A stretch of 64,000 bases of DNA from Octopus vulgaris (Eukaryota): positions 2,418,001-2,482,000 of the forward strand of contig OX597836.1 in NCBI GenBank assembly GCA_951406725.2. The letters are read 5' to 3'. This document shows positions 28,393-42,815 of the stretch, one piece after another (the first letter of the stretch is position 1; each line of letters starts with the position of its first letter). Under the pieces are notes generated by a model, which was not told the origin of the DNA, ran no database searches, and saw nothing but the letters and a program-made list of their open reading frames with translations. A program made the position numbers and the translations under genes.

Positions 28393-28901
28393 TTAACTGA
28401 TTGGAAGTGTTATCATGTACATTGTTTTGTCTTGGTATAAAAGATGGGCTACAGCAAATATTCTGCTCAATACCACAGATTTGCTTGTCAGTTGTTTGAC
28501 TTTAACCAGTTGAGCAGGTCCCTTAGTTGCTGACGATATGTGCATCTCTGATCACGAGCAGAAGTAGTGGGGGAGCATCATAGCCATGTGTTGAGAGGGA
28601 TTCTTTGGGGTTTGAATAATTCACCTCTGGTAACATGGGTGGTTCTTTCAACATCCTCAAAAAACCCTTATTCAGGGACCTTTTAATCGGGATGGGCTTC
28701 TCAACCAGAAGAAAATTCTAACTGGGCCCCACCTGCAAGGTCATGTGCTGTTTATCTTTTTTATGAGATCACCATGTCGCGCACATATGGTTGTGATGCA
28801 TGTGCCTGGTGTACCCTTATCAGACGGGTAGTCATGATGGGTATATTGGGCTTCGTATATTTTACCCCAGTGTCACTTTGATGGCATGAACTGCTCTCTC
28901 A

Positions 28902-28904
<3 letters not shown>
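28392..28904. mobile_element. ~513-bp higher-GC insertion inside an (AAT)n array (probable 3' fragment of a non-LTR element)
   Basis: Complex sequence with sharp boundaries and pure (AAT)n on both sides. No ORF recognised. Confidence 0.55.
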
Positions 28905-28962
<58 letters not shown>

Positions 28963-29529
28963 CGTTCTGATAGAGGCAGAAACCAAGTCGGTTATGGCTG
29001 TATTGTAGAAAATCTCAATCTACGACATCATGAACACCATAACCAGCCTCATTGCAGTCCGACACTGAAATTTATCCTAAAAAGTAGTATCTGAAGCAAA
29101 TGTCTTCTTCTGTGTCTTTGTTCAAATGGCGATTAACAGAGTTAATACTCTGTAACCTAAATACTGGAAACTAATTAATTCCTTCAGACCCATTTCCAGC
29201 AAACTGTCGTCGCCATAATATTTCATTTGAGATTCTTTTATCAGACAATCTCCTACTTATTCTTCGACGTTTTGATGAAATCAAGTGTGTTTATTGCAGT
29301 GTACTTGTCACCATAAATAAAATATTCTAAATCGAGGAATTCCAGAAATCCTGTGACGATCTTCAATAGAAGAGTACTTGAGTGGTTAGAATTGGTTCTG
29401 TAATCTCAGGTGCTAAGTGAGGAGTGAACACCCTTATTGGGGCTATGCATGTCATCTGTCGCCTGGTAGTGAAAGTGAAGAGAGTTAGAGAGTATGACTA
29501 GAATTGTACCAAGGGCAGATATCTTTTTA

Positions 29530-29740
29530 GTTTTGACATATGACCAGCAATTTTGAAGGGTGATATAAATCGAATGTATCGAACCGAGTATCTGAGTGAT
29601 ATTTTATTCCATGGACCCCGAAAGGATGAACTATAAATCTGTATTCGATGTGATATGAACTCGCAAACTGAAGAGCTGTAAGAAATGGCGCCAAGCATTT
29701 TCCCCGATGGCCTAAACATTCTGCTAGGTCGTCGCCTTAA
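29530..29740 (-). mobile_element. Degenerate SINE family A
   Basis: gaccccgaaaggatgaa...aagcattttccccgatggcctaaacattctgctaggtcgtcgcctt. Confidence 0.65.
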
Positions 29741-29793
29741 GATATAAAAGAGAATGATACAACGAAAAAGAATAATAATAAACGTGGACACTC

Positions 29794-30085
29794 TACAGGG
29801 TTTTCGGGTTATTTTTGACAGTTTACATAAAAAGAAAAGTAACCACAATATCTCATTCAAATCTAAATGTATTTCAAAAATCAAAATATATCAACTAGAC
29901 TATGGTTGGGCGATGACAGTTTACTTAAAGTAACCACCTACGCCTTCATCATGGTCAGAAGACGACTCTAAATGCGGCGCATGTATTCTTCGCTCTGTGC
30001 TTTGGGACATCTTCGAATACCTTGATCTTCGCCACGATTTACGCCTCGGTCTTCCAGGTAGAACGGTTGGTAAAGTTCTTCCCTC
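29794..30085 (-). pseudogene. 3' end relic of a Tc1/mariner-superfamily DNA transposon
   Basis: Minus-strand translation KTEA*IVAKIKVFEDVPKHRAKNTCAAFR, then after a frameshift RLLTMMKA* and GGYF, resembles the transposase C-terminus (ACxxFRxRLxAxxxAxGGYxE). TA-CAGGGT at 29794 resembles a TIR end. Confidence 0.5.
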
Positions 30086-30319
30086 CTAAATTTTTTTTTC
30101 ACTTTAAAAAATGAAATAATAGGGTTTAAAACATTTTTCTTAAAACGAATTATTTGTGCGAATTAAGTTGATACTGTTCAAGTTTTCGGCGTATATGACA
30201 TAATCATCACTATACTCTCAGATTGGTTTACAGGGTTCAGAAAGGGAGAATCAGTGATCTGTGTACTATGAGCACTACATATGCTTCTGTTTAAGAAATT
30301 TGCATTGGAATTACAAGTC

Positions 30320-30510
30320 TCTGTACATCGGACGAAATGCTTTGCGGCTTTTTTTCCGACTGTACGTTCTGAGTTCAAATTACGCCGAGATCTATTTTAT
30401 CTTTCACCATTTCGTGGTCGTTAAAATAAACACAAGCTGAACACTGGCCTCAATGTTCAACTTACTCCATACCCTTTGAGCTTTTTGATCTTATGCCAAA
30501 ATCTGAAGTC
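30320..30510 (+). mobile_element. Degenerate SINE family A
   Basis: ggacgaaatgctttgcgg...cgttctgagttcaaattacgccgag...ctttcaccatttcgtggtcg. Confidence 0.7.
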
Positions 30511-30527
30511 TGATGCCCTCATTTATA

Positions 30528-30760
30528 CCTATTTCTTTATTACCTACAAGGGGCCAAATACAGAGGGGACAAACAAGGACATACAAACGGATTAAGTCGA
30601 TTATATCGACCCCAGTACGTAACTGGTACTTAATTTATAGACCTCGAAAAGATGAAAGGCAAAGTCGACCTCGGCGGAATTTGAACTCAGAACGTAGCGA
30701 CAGACGAAATACTGCTAAGCATCTCGCCCGGCGTGCTAACGTTTCTGCCAGCTCGCCGCC
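30528..30760 (-). mobile_element. SINE family A, full-length young copy
   Basis: Reverse complement of the 10601/33236 sequence from ggcggcgagctggcagaaac to aaagaaatagg. Confidence 0.9.
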
Positions 30761-31373
30761 TATTATACATCATTAATACCATCACTGTCGTGACCCCGTT
30801 GTGAAGCATCTTTTATCAAGTCCCATCCGATGCGACCAAAAATGGTCAGGTCATTTCTTCTCAGAGTTTATCCTCCGCTCTCTCTCAACAACCGAGCATT
30901 GTCGCTCCGAAAATGTTCACGAAGAAATGTAATTATTTCTCTCCCATATCGTTAAGTGGCGAAAGAAACCAAAAATGGTAAACGAAATATTATGATGAAA
31001 GCTTTGTGAAATGTCGGTGTAGATAATTTATTGAAGGTTCCGTAGTGGAAGACGTACTGGCATCATGTTAATTGGACAATTAGCTAGAACTGCCAGAGGG
31101 TTACATTCAGACCAATGCAATAATGTCTTGAAATATTGCTTGCATGGCAGTTAAATAAATGGATGGAGAAAGGGAGGAAAACGTATGCACTCTTACACAT
31201 AAGCATCAAACATTCCTTGTGGCATATTTACCACGGCGATAACGGCGTAGAAAGTGTGATGTATGGAGAGTGCTGATGTATGATGTATGATATGTGTATG
31301 CTCATGTAGACATGCACTCACACATGCACATTTATGTACATATGTTTTTGTGCGTTATATATACACACTTATA

Positions 31374-31434
<61 letters not shown>

Positions 31435-31550
31435 GTATATATATATGCATATATGTATATATATATATATACACACATATATATATATATGTGTATGTAT
31501 ATGTATATATGTATATATGTATATATATGTGTGTATCTATATATGCATGT

Positions 31551-31621
<71 letters not shown>

Positions 31622-31928
31622 TATGCATGTATATATATATATATAGAATTGTATGTGCCTGTGTGTGTGTGTGCGAGGCTTCGTGAGTGCTTACATGTGT
31701 ATGAGAGGAAGCTAAAACCCAGAGAATTAAGACAGAAAGGGAAGAAGAAGAAAAGCGATAGGGGGGAGATGAGGAGAGAGAAATAGAGTGGAACGCGAAC
31801 GTAACGAGCGACTGCGATTTCTATTATGTTTGCGGTTTGTTGTTTATTCCCGGGTTTTGTTTTCAGTTAAGTGGCCAACAACATGGGGAATATAAGTGCG
31901 TGAGTTAACGGACAATCTCTGCCATTTT

Positions 31929-32092
31929 GCTTCTTCTTCGTCTTCTTCTTTCTTCTTCTTCTTCTTTTTCTTCTTCTTCTTCTTCTTCTTCTTCTTCTTC
32001 TTCTTCTTCTTCTTCTTCTTCTTCTCCTTCTTCTTCTTTCCCCTTCTTCTTCTTCTTCTTCTTCTCCTTCTTCTTCTTTCCTCTCCTTCTTC
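31929..32092. repeat. (CTT)n microsatellite
   Basis: Read directly. Confidence 0.95.
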
Positions 32093-32588
32093 TCGTCGCC
32101 GTCGCCTCAGATTCATGTTGGCATTCTACCCCCCCCCATTGAATTTTAATGACGAAATCATTGTTTTAAGTAAATTGATACAAAGTGAGATCACATACAT
32201 GGTAAGAACAACGACAGTAGCGTTCACGTGCTGCCTGTGCTATGAAGGAAGATCATCACCATCAGCAAAATACAACAATAAACATCAACTCGTAATGTTA
32301 TTCGAGGAAACAACAACAACATCAACAACAACAATAACAACGACAGCAAAAGAAAGAAACAGAAATAAAACAGCGATTAGGTTGTATGTGTTGATATGTG
32401 ATGGAAAAAAAACAAGATGTATCCCTGTTCATTAAATGCATGATATTAATGGCAAAAATGTCCTACACTAAATAGTTATCTTTCTTCACACTGTGCGCCG
32501 CATAATGGTGTTAAGAGCACTACTACCACCACTGCTACTGCTGTTACTACTACGACTTCAATACTACTGCTATTACTACTACCGATAC

Positions 32589-32589
<1 letters not shown>

Positions 32590-32630
<41 letters not shown>

Positions 32631-32789
32631 GAAGAAAAAGAAGAAGAAGAAGAAGGAGAAGAAGAAGAAGAAGAAGAATAAGAAGAAGAAGAAGAAAAAG
32701 AAGAAGAAGAAGAAGAAGAAGAAGAAGAAGAAGAAGAAGAAGAAGAAGAAGAAGAAGAAGAAGAAGAAGAAGAAGAAAAAGAAGAAGAA
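32590..32789. repeat. (AAT)n-(AAG)n compound microsatellite
   Basis: Read directly. Confidence 0.95.
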
Positions 32790-33235
32790 ATGGTAAAAAT
32801 ATGGTGGCAATAACAATAGTAATGTTACCTTTACTTTATGGGACACAAGGACTCGAACAGAAAAGGACAAAACAAAATTATTTCCGTAGGGGTTCCAAGA
32901 AAGTGATGGATATCATGGAAGGGGGAAATAAACAAAAAAAAAAAGCTGTCTTAAAAATTTCGAAATGATGTGATGAGAGACGTTTTCCGTTTATGTTTAA
33001 AAGTGAACGCAACCGCACTCACAAGCATACGCGCACCTTCATACGCGCATTTGCATATAAGTACATACCTTCCGATATGTTCGGGATTTGTAAATAGTTG
33101 TGATACTCACTGTTGATGGTCACCCATTATTAAGCTCGTTTTGATCCCTTTCCTACACTACGACACAAAAGTCACCGCTGAATCTAAAGCCATGGTACTA
33201 TGCTGTTCTTTTTATCTCTCATTAATACAATTTGT

Positions 33236-33465
33236 GCGACGAGCTGGCAGAATCGTTAGCACATCGGGTGAAATGCTTAGCGGTATTTCGTCTGCCATTA
33301 CATTCTGAGTTCAAATTCCGCCGATGTCGACTTTGCCTTTCATTCTTTCGGGGTCGATAAATTAAGTACCAGTTATGCACTGGGGTCGATGTAACCGACT
33401 TAATCAGTTTGTCTGTCCTTGTTTGTCCCCTCTGTGATGAGCCCCCTGTGGGCAATAAAGAAATA
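33236..33465 (+). mobile_element. SINE family A, full-length, with target-site duplication
   Basis: Full consensus match. attaatacaatttgt(gc) is duplicated at 33221-33235 and 33466-33480. Confidence 0.92.
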
Positions 33466-33559
33466 ATTAATACAATTTGTGCTACTAAAAGGCATGCACA
33501 AAGACAGAATTTTATTGTCAGAAGCATGTTAAATAATCTTAGCTTTGCTTTTGTCTGAA

Positions 33560-34050
33560 CGTCCCAATATGTCCTCGTTGGAAGTTGTTTGACATATGAG
33601 GAGACGTATTATGCTACCCCGAATTCTGTATTCATCGGTTCTAGTATTATCTCTTGTGGTAAAGAAATCCTTCTAAGTTTCATTAAAATTATCCCATCTA
33701 TTCGTGTTTGATATTTCTTTTTCCTTAAATGAAACAGCTCACAAAATTCTGCTCCTCTAAATGATGCCCTTTATATCCTTGAAGGCCTCACATGAGAAGC
33801 CATTCAGTGCCAGTGCCTCGTCAGTAGTTAGACAATCAATGGCGTGGCTGAACTCTTCAGAATTCGACAATAGTTATAATTCGTCATTCATCGTCTGGTA
33901 TTCCAGGGTCCCCTTCTACAAGATGGAATAGAAATTGGAGTAATGTTATTCCCAACTTTCTCTATGTTGCATTAGAAACCCGCTGAAAACATCATTTGTT
34001 TTGAGTTCTATTCCATCATGAGCCCTGTATTATAACCCCAGGTAGATCTA
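33560..34050 (-). pseudogene. Decayed non-LTR retrotransposon (RTE-like) ORF fragment, pre-RT region
   Basis: Minus-strand translation EL*LLSNSEEFSHAIDCLTTDEALALNGFSCEAFK resembles ELDxxPTxEExxxAIxxLxxGKAPGxDGxxxExFK. Confidence 0.5.
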
Positions 34051-34109
34051 TACATTGTGGCTAAACGGAGGCTGTGGAAGCAAAGGGTATACATAGATCC
34101 CTCACTCTG

Positions 34110-34173
<64 letters not shown>

Positions 34174-34283
34174 AGAATAATAAAGAGGAACTTCTTGGTA
34201 CAGTATTATACATATTTGAAAGAATGAGTAGAGATGGCGCTATTGAAGGGGTAAGATTTATTTTAATATTAATGATATTATTC

Positions 34284-34339
<56 letters not shown>

Positions 34340-34374
34340 TTGTTTATGTATGTCTTTCCTCACACACACTACAG

Positions 34375-34550
34375 CGTTCGTTTATTTACATCCCTTAACC
34401 CACAGACTTGACAAAAGAGAACGACGAATATGTACCAGAGTTAAAAAGAAAATCATTTCGTACCGTGGTTGATTTTTTCGACTGCACGCATCAAAGCAGT
34501 ACTCCAGCATGGTCGCAGTATAATGATTAGAACACGTAAAAGATAAAGCT
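34375..34550 (+). mobile_element. SINE family B tail fragment after (TA)n(TG)n
   Basis: caaaagagaacgacgaatatgtacc...gcagtactccagcatggtcgcagtataatga...gtaaaagataaag. Confidence 0.65.
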
Positions 34551-35155
34551 ATTTGGAGAGATAAGTTGCTTAGGAATATTTTGTCTTTGATTTAATTGTG
34601 AACGGTACAAGAACATAAGGAGACAACTTCCATCTGTTGCTTTTGAATATTTTTCTAACATTTATGATGCTGTCTGCATTCTGTCGGCAGTAATGTCTGC
34701 CTTCGCAGTGGCTTTATCTGCGCTACTGACATGTATCGTCTTTAGTTTCTCTGTCTGCACGACGTGAGGAATAATGTACGCCAGAGGAACGGATATTGAG
34801 TGGTAAGGAAGACGACAAGATTTAGGTCGGAGACATTCACCTACACAAAAAGTACAACGTCAATGTGTTATCTTTACCTATCAGACAACCAGCTTATTTA
34901 TGTGCCTGCTATGTCACCTTCTGAAAAAGCGCGCACACACACGTACACACACACACACACACACACACACATGCACACATACACACGCACACACACACAC
35001 ACATGCACACACGTTTGCAATCTTACATACACAAAGAGTGAACGAGACAGATATATTTCATTTACGAGCAGAGAAATACATACGGATATAAATCGTAGAT
35101 ACATACACCTGTGTTTCCTATAGTTATACATGCTGTCATATACATATACTTATAG

Positions 35156-35190
<35 letters not shown>

Positions 35191-35745
35191 CATGTAGATA
35201 TATATGTGTATACGTATATAGATTTTTACATATATATAATACACATACATGTATATATATGTATGTATGTATGCATGTATGTATATATATGTATTATATA
35301 TGCGTATATGTAAATGGATGCAGACAGACACACGAAGGTGCACATGCGTATATATCACATAAATGCACATATCGTTTTCGGCTACTACTGCTGCTGCCGC
35401 TGCTGCTCACGACGATCGGATATTTCAAAGACGTCTAAGTGAGATCTAAAATGATCATGACATTTGCACAGTAATTTCTTTTCAGAATTCTTCAACATAT
35501 TTCATGCACTCAGCCTATCCCTCCTCTTAAATTCCGTTTAGACACAAAACACTTTGTAATATACAGATTGCTATTAATGCTGGTGCTGCTACCTGTGGAC
35601 ATTCTATTGCTCTATATAATGATTGATTGTCTTTATCGTAGGTGTGATATCTTTGGTCTGTGCCATCTAGAAGACACCTCGTCTGCAACGCATTGATAAA
35701 TTGCAACTGTATGTGAGGGTGTGTGACAGACGAAGATTGAATGTG

Positions 35746-35792
<47 letters not shown>

Positions 35793-36015
35793 CTTTGGAG
35801 ATGTCTTGATAGTCTGATTATTTATGTATTCGTCTGAGTATTTCTATGTTTTAGGTATGAATAAATGTGTTACACATATACATGTATGTGCTCGTATGTG
35901 TGTGTGCGTGTATGTATTTGTGCTACATTGCTTGTCCTCGTCTCTCTCGGTCTTTTACTTCTTGTAAATATATATAAAAGTATATATATAAATACACACA
36001 CACACATACACATAC

Positions 36016-36064
<49 letters not shown>

Positions 36065-36082
36065 TGCATACAAACACACCAG

Positions 36083-36115
<33 letters not shown>

Positions 36116-36125
36116 CATATGTGCG

Positions 36126-36236
36126 AAGGCGTAGCTATGTGGTAAGAAGCTTGCTTCCTAATCACATGGTTCCATGTTCGGTCCCACTGCGTGGCACCTT
36201 GGGCGAGTTTTCTCTACTATAACCTCGGGCCGATCG
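36126..36236 (+). mobile_element. SINE family B head
   Basis: ggcgtagctatgtggtaagaagcttgc...gttcggtcccactgcgtggcaccttgggcgag...cctcgggccga. Confidence 0.8.
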
Positions 36237-36814
36237 CATATATATATACATATATATCCAGTCGCCATGATTTATCGCTAAGTCCACAATTTGTTTTTTT
36301 TATTTATTTATTGCCTCTCTGTTTATTTCCTCGATTTCATTTCTGCTAAAGAGCATAGACTCGTTAACAAAACCTTCCCACTTTCTCGAGCATCAAAGCT
36401 TAATCTGGTTTCAATTCTCAACAATGACAAAGTTATCTCGATCCATTCACGGCTGACTGAATTTGTGCATAGACATATACCTCTCTGTCTCTCTCTGTCT
36501 CTCTTTCTGTCTGTCTTCATCATTCTTTCTCTCTCTCTCTCTCTCTCTCTTCCACACTCTTGCTTTCCTGTTCTTAGAATTCATACGTGTTTACTTAAGA
36601 GAGAATTCGGCGTCAAAATCATAGTTCCGCCATAGCCCCCACCCCCCACCCCGTTTCCTACAACAAACGAAAATGTGCTAAATGGGATGCCAGCAACCTG
36701 TTGTAGTCGAGCATGAGGCAGAAACCATTCAACAGAAATTCGAAAACAAGAAGACTGTGAACAAACCTATGGTCTGATACTGAAGTAAACGGAGATGTTG
36801 TGATAAAGGACTTA

Positions 36815-37031
36815 TTACTTGTAAGCCTAGTACTTATTCTATCTGTCCTTTTTGCCGAATCGCTAATTTACGGGTCGTAAACACGCCAAAATCGGTTGTC
36901 AAGTGGTTGTAGAGCGACAACACACACACAAATAAATATAGAAGACACTGGCCCAAGGTGCCAAACAGTGGGACTGAATCCGCAACCATGTGGTTGGTAG
37001 GCAAGCTACTTATCACACAGCCACTCCTGCA
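36815..37031 (-). mobile_element. SINE family B with internal deletion
   Basis: Tail (agtacttattctatctgtcctttttgccgaa) joined to head (cccaaggtgccaaacagtgggactgaa...cacagccactcctgc). Confidence 0.8.
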
Positions 37032-38092
37032 GAACCTCTCATATGCAGCAGAACCTCCAAACACTTGACACCAATATCTAAGCATTGTGAAGGCCTAATT
37101 CATATGAAAGAAAGCAAACTGTACGAACGTAAGCAAACACCGTAGACCACTTTACAAGAATAAAGGACAACTGAGCAAAATAAGAAAAGATATAAGAAAT
37201 TATCACCAGAGTAAACCACACGTGAATTCCTGTAATCAGCTGCTCAAACTGATATTATTATATATCATTCTATCATTATATCACTATCTTGCGGTCCTGA
37301 GTAAGGACCACACATTGAAAAATTAGATGTGTTAGCGTTGCAAGAAATAATACACATAAAAAGTGCTATTTGTATCCTGTATTATTGAGCATAAAAGACA
37401 TTGAACCAGTCAGAAGAGAGAGAATAACGGCGCAGGAGAGAGATAGTGGAAGAAGTAGGGAGAGAGAGAATGCGGAAAAGAGATTGACAGAGAGAAAGAG
37501 AGGATGTGTGTGTGTGTGAGAGAAAAAGAGAGAGAGAATGTTACACACCATCTGTCGTATATAGTGGATCCGAATTGCACCACCGCAACAAGCTCTGGGC
37601 ATTTAATTAAATATGCACAAAGGGATATCACTTTAACTGTTTATTCGAAACTGTCCGAGATTCGGGATTTGGTAAACTAATACAGCCAAAATTGCTAGGG
37701 TTTCCAAATATTTGTTGATTTCATATCTGTTCCAATCAATTAAAAATTCAACTTGCCTCTTCCGACATTCCATCATTGGGAATAAATCCACTTTAAATTC
37801 TACACATTTCCTCATTACAAATGCATTCTCCATCTTGAAAGTTGTTTAGCGTTATTTGTTTTCTTCCCCTCTTTTGCCTTTTTTATTCTCAGGGCTTTAC
37901 GCTTGTTTTCATTTTCGTGTTTTAATTAAATGAATTTCAAAACCCACTTTTTATTTCTTTGCAAAAATAATTCTGTTCTCCTAAAGACATCCCTTGTTAT
38001 TTAATCGATCTGCATTTCAAACATGGATAAAGTTTGTGAATATGCACATAAAACATGGATATATACGCATGCACATATATGCATTTATATAC

Positions 38093-38221
<129 letters not shown>

Positions 38222-39947
38222 AGCATAGAGGAAGAGAGTGAGAGAAATGGGGAGAAAGAGAGAAGGGGGAACGAAAATTTGAAAGCAAAATATAAAATAC
38301 AAAATTTGGGATCGGTCTACCACAATACAATTCAAGAAAGCTGAAGCTCGGAGATGTGAAAAGAGTTAATGATATCGATAAGCATGTAAGTCCGTGTGCA
38401 CGAAAACATGTGTATAACTCTATACATTAGCATGTATGCGTGTATGTGAGTTGTAATAGAACGGTCTCTCTCTCTCTCTCTATTTATATATATATATGTG
38501 CATGTATGCATGTTTTATGCATACGTACATAAAACAGACGCACACACACACATACAAATATGTGTGTGTGTGTGTGTGTATAATATAATATGCTAATTAA
38601 ATGACGTTTGATGTCTTTCAAACGTTTGATACGCATTCTCTGAGAATACGCGTTTAATTTTTATTTCGAACTGGTGGAAACATGTATTAGATATCAGACA
38701 GAAGCGAAAGAGATACTTTGATATGGAATTATGCTAAAATCCACTGCGTTTTCCGCCATTGCAAATATGAAAGCAATTGTTAAGCTGATATAATTGGTAG
38801 GTAATATGTCAGAATGGCTGATAAATTCCCCGGTAACTGACAGCTTGATAATCGAATTTCACTCAGCTTTTCTCTTAACTATATAGTAATTAAGATCTTA
38901 CTGAATGAAATATCTTGAAATTCAAGAAGTAATAATGGATTGATAGGATGGTCACCGTAATTCTCTTTCTCAATTTCTTTGTCTGATTCTGCGCATACAC
39001 AGTCATACATACACACACACGCACGCAAACACACACGCGCATACACCACATGGATGCCGCGCATGTACACACACTGCACTCGCGATATCTCAATACTTCT
39101 AGCTAAGGAAGCAAATCAAATATCGGAAGCTTATTATTCACAGAGATTCGGGGATGAAGTACAAACCGTGTCAAAGAAATAATTTAATTTGCCACGTTAA
39201 GAGGACTTACACTTCAGAAGAATTCATTTTAAATTTCGGAAATCAAAAGTTATTGGTGTATCATATGTTATTAAGAATCGGCTGAGGCTGGCACAAACGG
39301 AAAGTGATGGGGCTTACAAAGCAACGGTGTGATTAATTACGACTCTTTAAATCCAAAGTTCATCTTACATTTTGTTCGATTTGGCCTCTTTATTCTTTCG
39401 TCTAAGACTGATGTTGTGTTAATCGAATGTTCAATCTTCAGCAATTTGTGGCGATCTGTCTGCCAGAAAGTATCATATCTTATAGAAATTGTAGCTATTT
39501 AGATTTAACCATCACCTCAGTCACCGTGGAGCATCGCCAGGTTCACATGCTTTGTAGCTTTCATGATTCTATCATATTCTCTAAAATCATCTATTTAGCA
39601 ATGTATCATCTATAGAGGAACAATGATATAAAAATGGATTATACGGAAATATTTTTTCATATGTTCTCTCACTCATTCCCAAAAGATCTCACGTAATAAT
39701 AATAATAAAGTTACATAGCAAGCTAAAGTCGATGGCTTCTTGGAGATAATCAACGGCAGCATTCGTCCCAGTTTTCTGGGTCTGGCATGGTAGCTTGGTG
39801 ATTGCTATATATATCCAATAACACTGGTGTAGTGTCCTTTAGGGAGACTTAGAAACATCAATATTTCTATTTATAAATAAATATATATAAATATATGCAT
39901 ATATATGTTTATATATATATGTATGTGTACATATATATGTATATATA

Positions 39948-40062
<115 letters not shown>

Positions 40063-40213
40063 AAATACTCTGATATGTACATGTTTCTGCGTCTGTGTCC
40101 GTGTCTGTGTGTCTGTGTGTGTGTAATGGGAAAAAAATAAAATCAAAACATTTTTCAGCTAATGCATTTTTAATAGCGAAATTTGATGACACAAACCAGT
40201 TAACGAATCAATA

Positions 40214-40265
<52 letters not shown>

Positions 40266-41053
40266 TATATGTGTGTGTGTGTGTATGATGTAGAAGCATC
40301 AGTATATATATATGTCTGTATGTCTGTGTGTCTCTATATTCCAACAATAAATTTACTATATCAGTATCTATAAAATCTCCATCATACATCAACAGTTGGC
40401 AAAATCACCATATGTCCCTTCTGTAACTGTAACAAAGTGTAGTGAAGACGATAAACTAACTCTCTCATAAAACATCGAATATGGTGATATTCTTCGGCGA
40501 TAAATTATTTCAGCCACTCGTCTAAATCTTATTAAAAGATGTTTAACAACCAGCACTTTTTTCCTGAACAATCTGATATGAGCGTACGTGTGTATGCGTG
40601 TGTGTACGTCAACGAGTGAGTGTGTGAGTAACCATGCAATATATATATATATACATATATATCTATATCACCATTAACCTTCGAGGTACTTTTGTTATTT
40701 TGAGTCTGTCTTTATCACTTTATCTCTTTTACTGTCTTTATAAGCGTGCTATGCATGCAACAGTAAATATCCCCCGGCCTAGAGTATAACATTGTGTGTA
40801 TATACATAGATAGAAAGACACTCGCCCACTCAAATAGACAAATATAATATACATGTAAACATTTATGTATACATATACGTATATATACATATATACATAT
40901 ATATATGTATAGATATATATGCACATATGTCAGTTATTTTACATTTGTATGTAAATATATAAATACATATTGATATATACATAAATACAAAGACGCTCGC
41001 CCACTCAAATATACAAATATAGAATACATGCATACATTTAAGTATATATATAC

Positions 41054-41095
<42 letters not shown>

Positions 41096-41172
41096 ATGTA
41101 TGTGTATATGTTTATATGTATACATAAATGCATATGCATCTTCATATACATATAAATATGTATGTATATATG

Positions 41173-41215
<43 letters not shown>

Positions 41216-41330
41216 TCACATATATACATACATAAATATATACATATCTATATACGTAAAGATAAACAGATAAATAGGCAGATAGATAAATTGATAACAC
41301 CACAGAGTGTGAAACGCCCGCGCACACGTG

Positions 41331-41404
<74 letters not shown>

Positions 41405-41873
41405 ATGTATATGAATACATTTAGATTGTTAAAATATGACCTAGTAACTGGAACATTACAAAATAATGCGAAAGTCAGCAACCTTGCAGGAAAGAATATC
41501 AGCAACATATTTATTTCTGCAATGTGTTTCAGCAGTTTCATAAAATGAAAACAGTTCTGCACGGAAGCGCATATTTTATTAGTATGTACGTGTTATGTTG
41601 TTTAATTGTAAGATTGACATGAAAATATGGTGATAACATTCACATAAGTTATATTACTTTGGCATAAATATGCCAGATACGGTTATTAAAACAGATTCTT
41701 ATAAGGAAAATTCACATGTTTAGAATGGAGTGATTCTAAACAATATGGAGATACGTTAGAAAGGACAAAAAAAAAAAGAAACGCGTTATGTCTTCCAGCG
41801 TCATTAAGTCACATACGCACACACATATATGCATATATATATATATATACACATATACACATATATATATATG

Positions 41874-41939
<66 letters not shown>

Positions 41940-41978
41940 GTATGTGTATATATCTAATATATCTACGTATGTATGTAT

Positions 41979-42009
<31 letters not shown>

Positions 42010-42616
42010 TTCATATATAGTGACACATATAGTCATAAATATATACAAATGTACACACGCCTGTGTGTATATATATATATCTGTGTGTGCTGGTGTGTGT
42101 GTGTCTGTGTGAGTATGTATATATGTATGTATACATACATATATGTTGGCATGAGAAAACTATTCTGTTATTTTGCTTGCAGCTCTGCGGTATATATAGA
42201 AAATTATTGTTTTATAATGCGGCATCAATTCTGACTGAACATTAAATATGCGCAATAACAATTATGTTCAACTGTTACATTAAAATTATTGAATCTTGAC
42301 ATTTCCTATATTGCCGCCGCTGGTATTGCTAAAGATCAAAACAATCAAGAGGATTATGTAAAAGAACTGATAGTTCTATAAGTATGAGGACAAATTCTTT
42401 GTTATATTCGAACTGATGTGTAAATTATTCACTGTAATGTCTCTCCTAAGAGTAATCATTCGCAATGTCGCGTGCCATACTTGGAAAGAAACAATACAGT
42501 TATTAATAAACGGAGCTGAAATTAAGGCATACTAAATTTCACTACTCTACACTCACTCCTTCATAGTCTGCCTATGAACTTTTCAGCCCACATTCGCATA
42601 TAATATATGTATATAT

Positions 42617-42815
42617 ATTTCTTTGTTGCCCACAGGGCGGGGTTAGGGTAAACATAGAAGGGATAAACAAGGGCAGACAAAGGGATTAAGTTGATTACAT
42701 CGACCGCAGTCTGTAAAAGGGTAGTTATTTAATCGACCCCGAAAGAATGAAAGGTAAAATCGAACTCAGAAGGTAACGGTAGACGAAATATCGCTAACAA
42801 TTCTGCCAGCTCGTC
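42617..42815 (-). mobile_element. SINE family A, with deletions
   Basis: tttctttgttgcccacaggg...atcgaccccgaaagaatgaaagg...ttctgccagctcg. Confidence 0.8.

Noticed and set aside
29920-30086. Open minus-strand frame (GRTLPTVLPGRPRRKSW...) as a terminal host exon
   Set aside because: The upstream AG has an A-run instead of a pyrimidine tract, and other frames fit a Tc1/mariner transposase C-terminus better.
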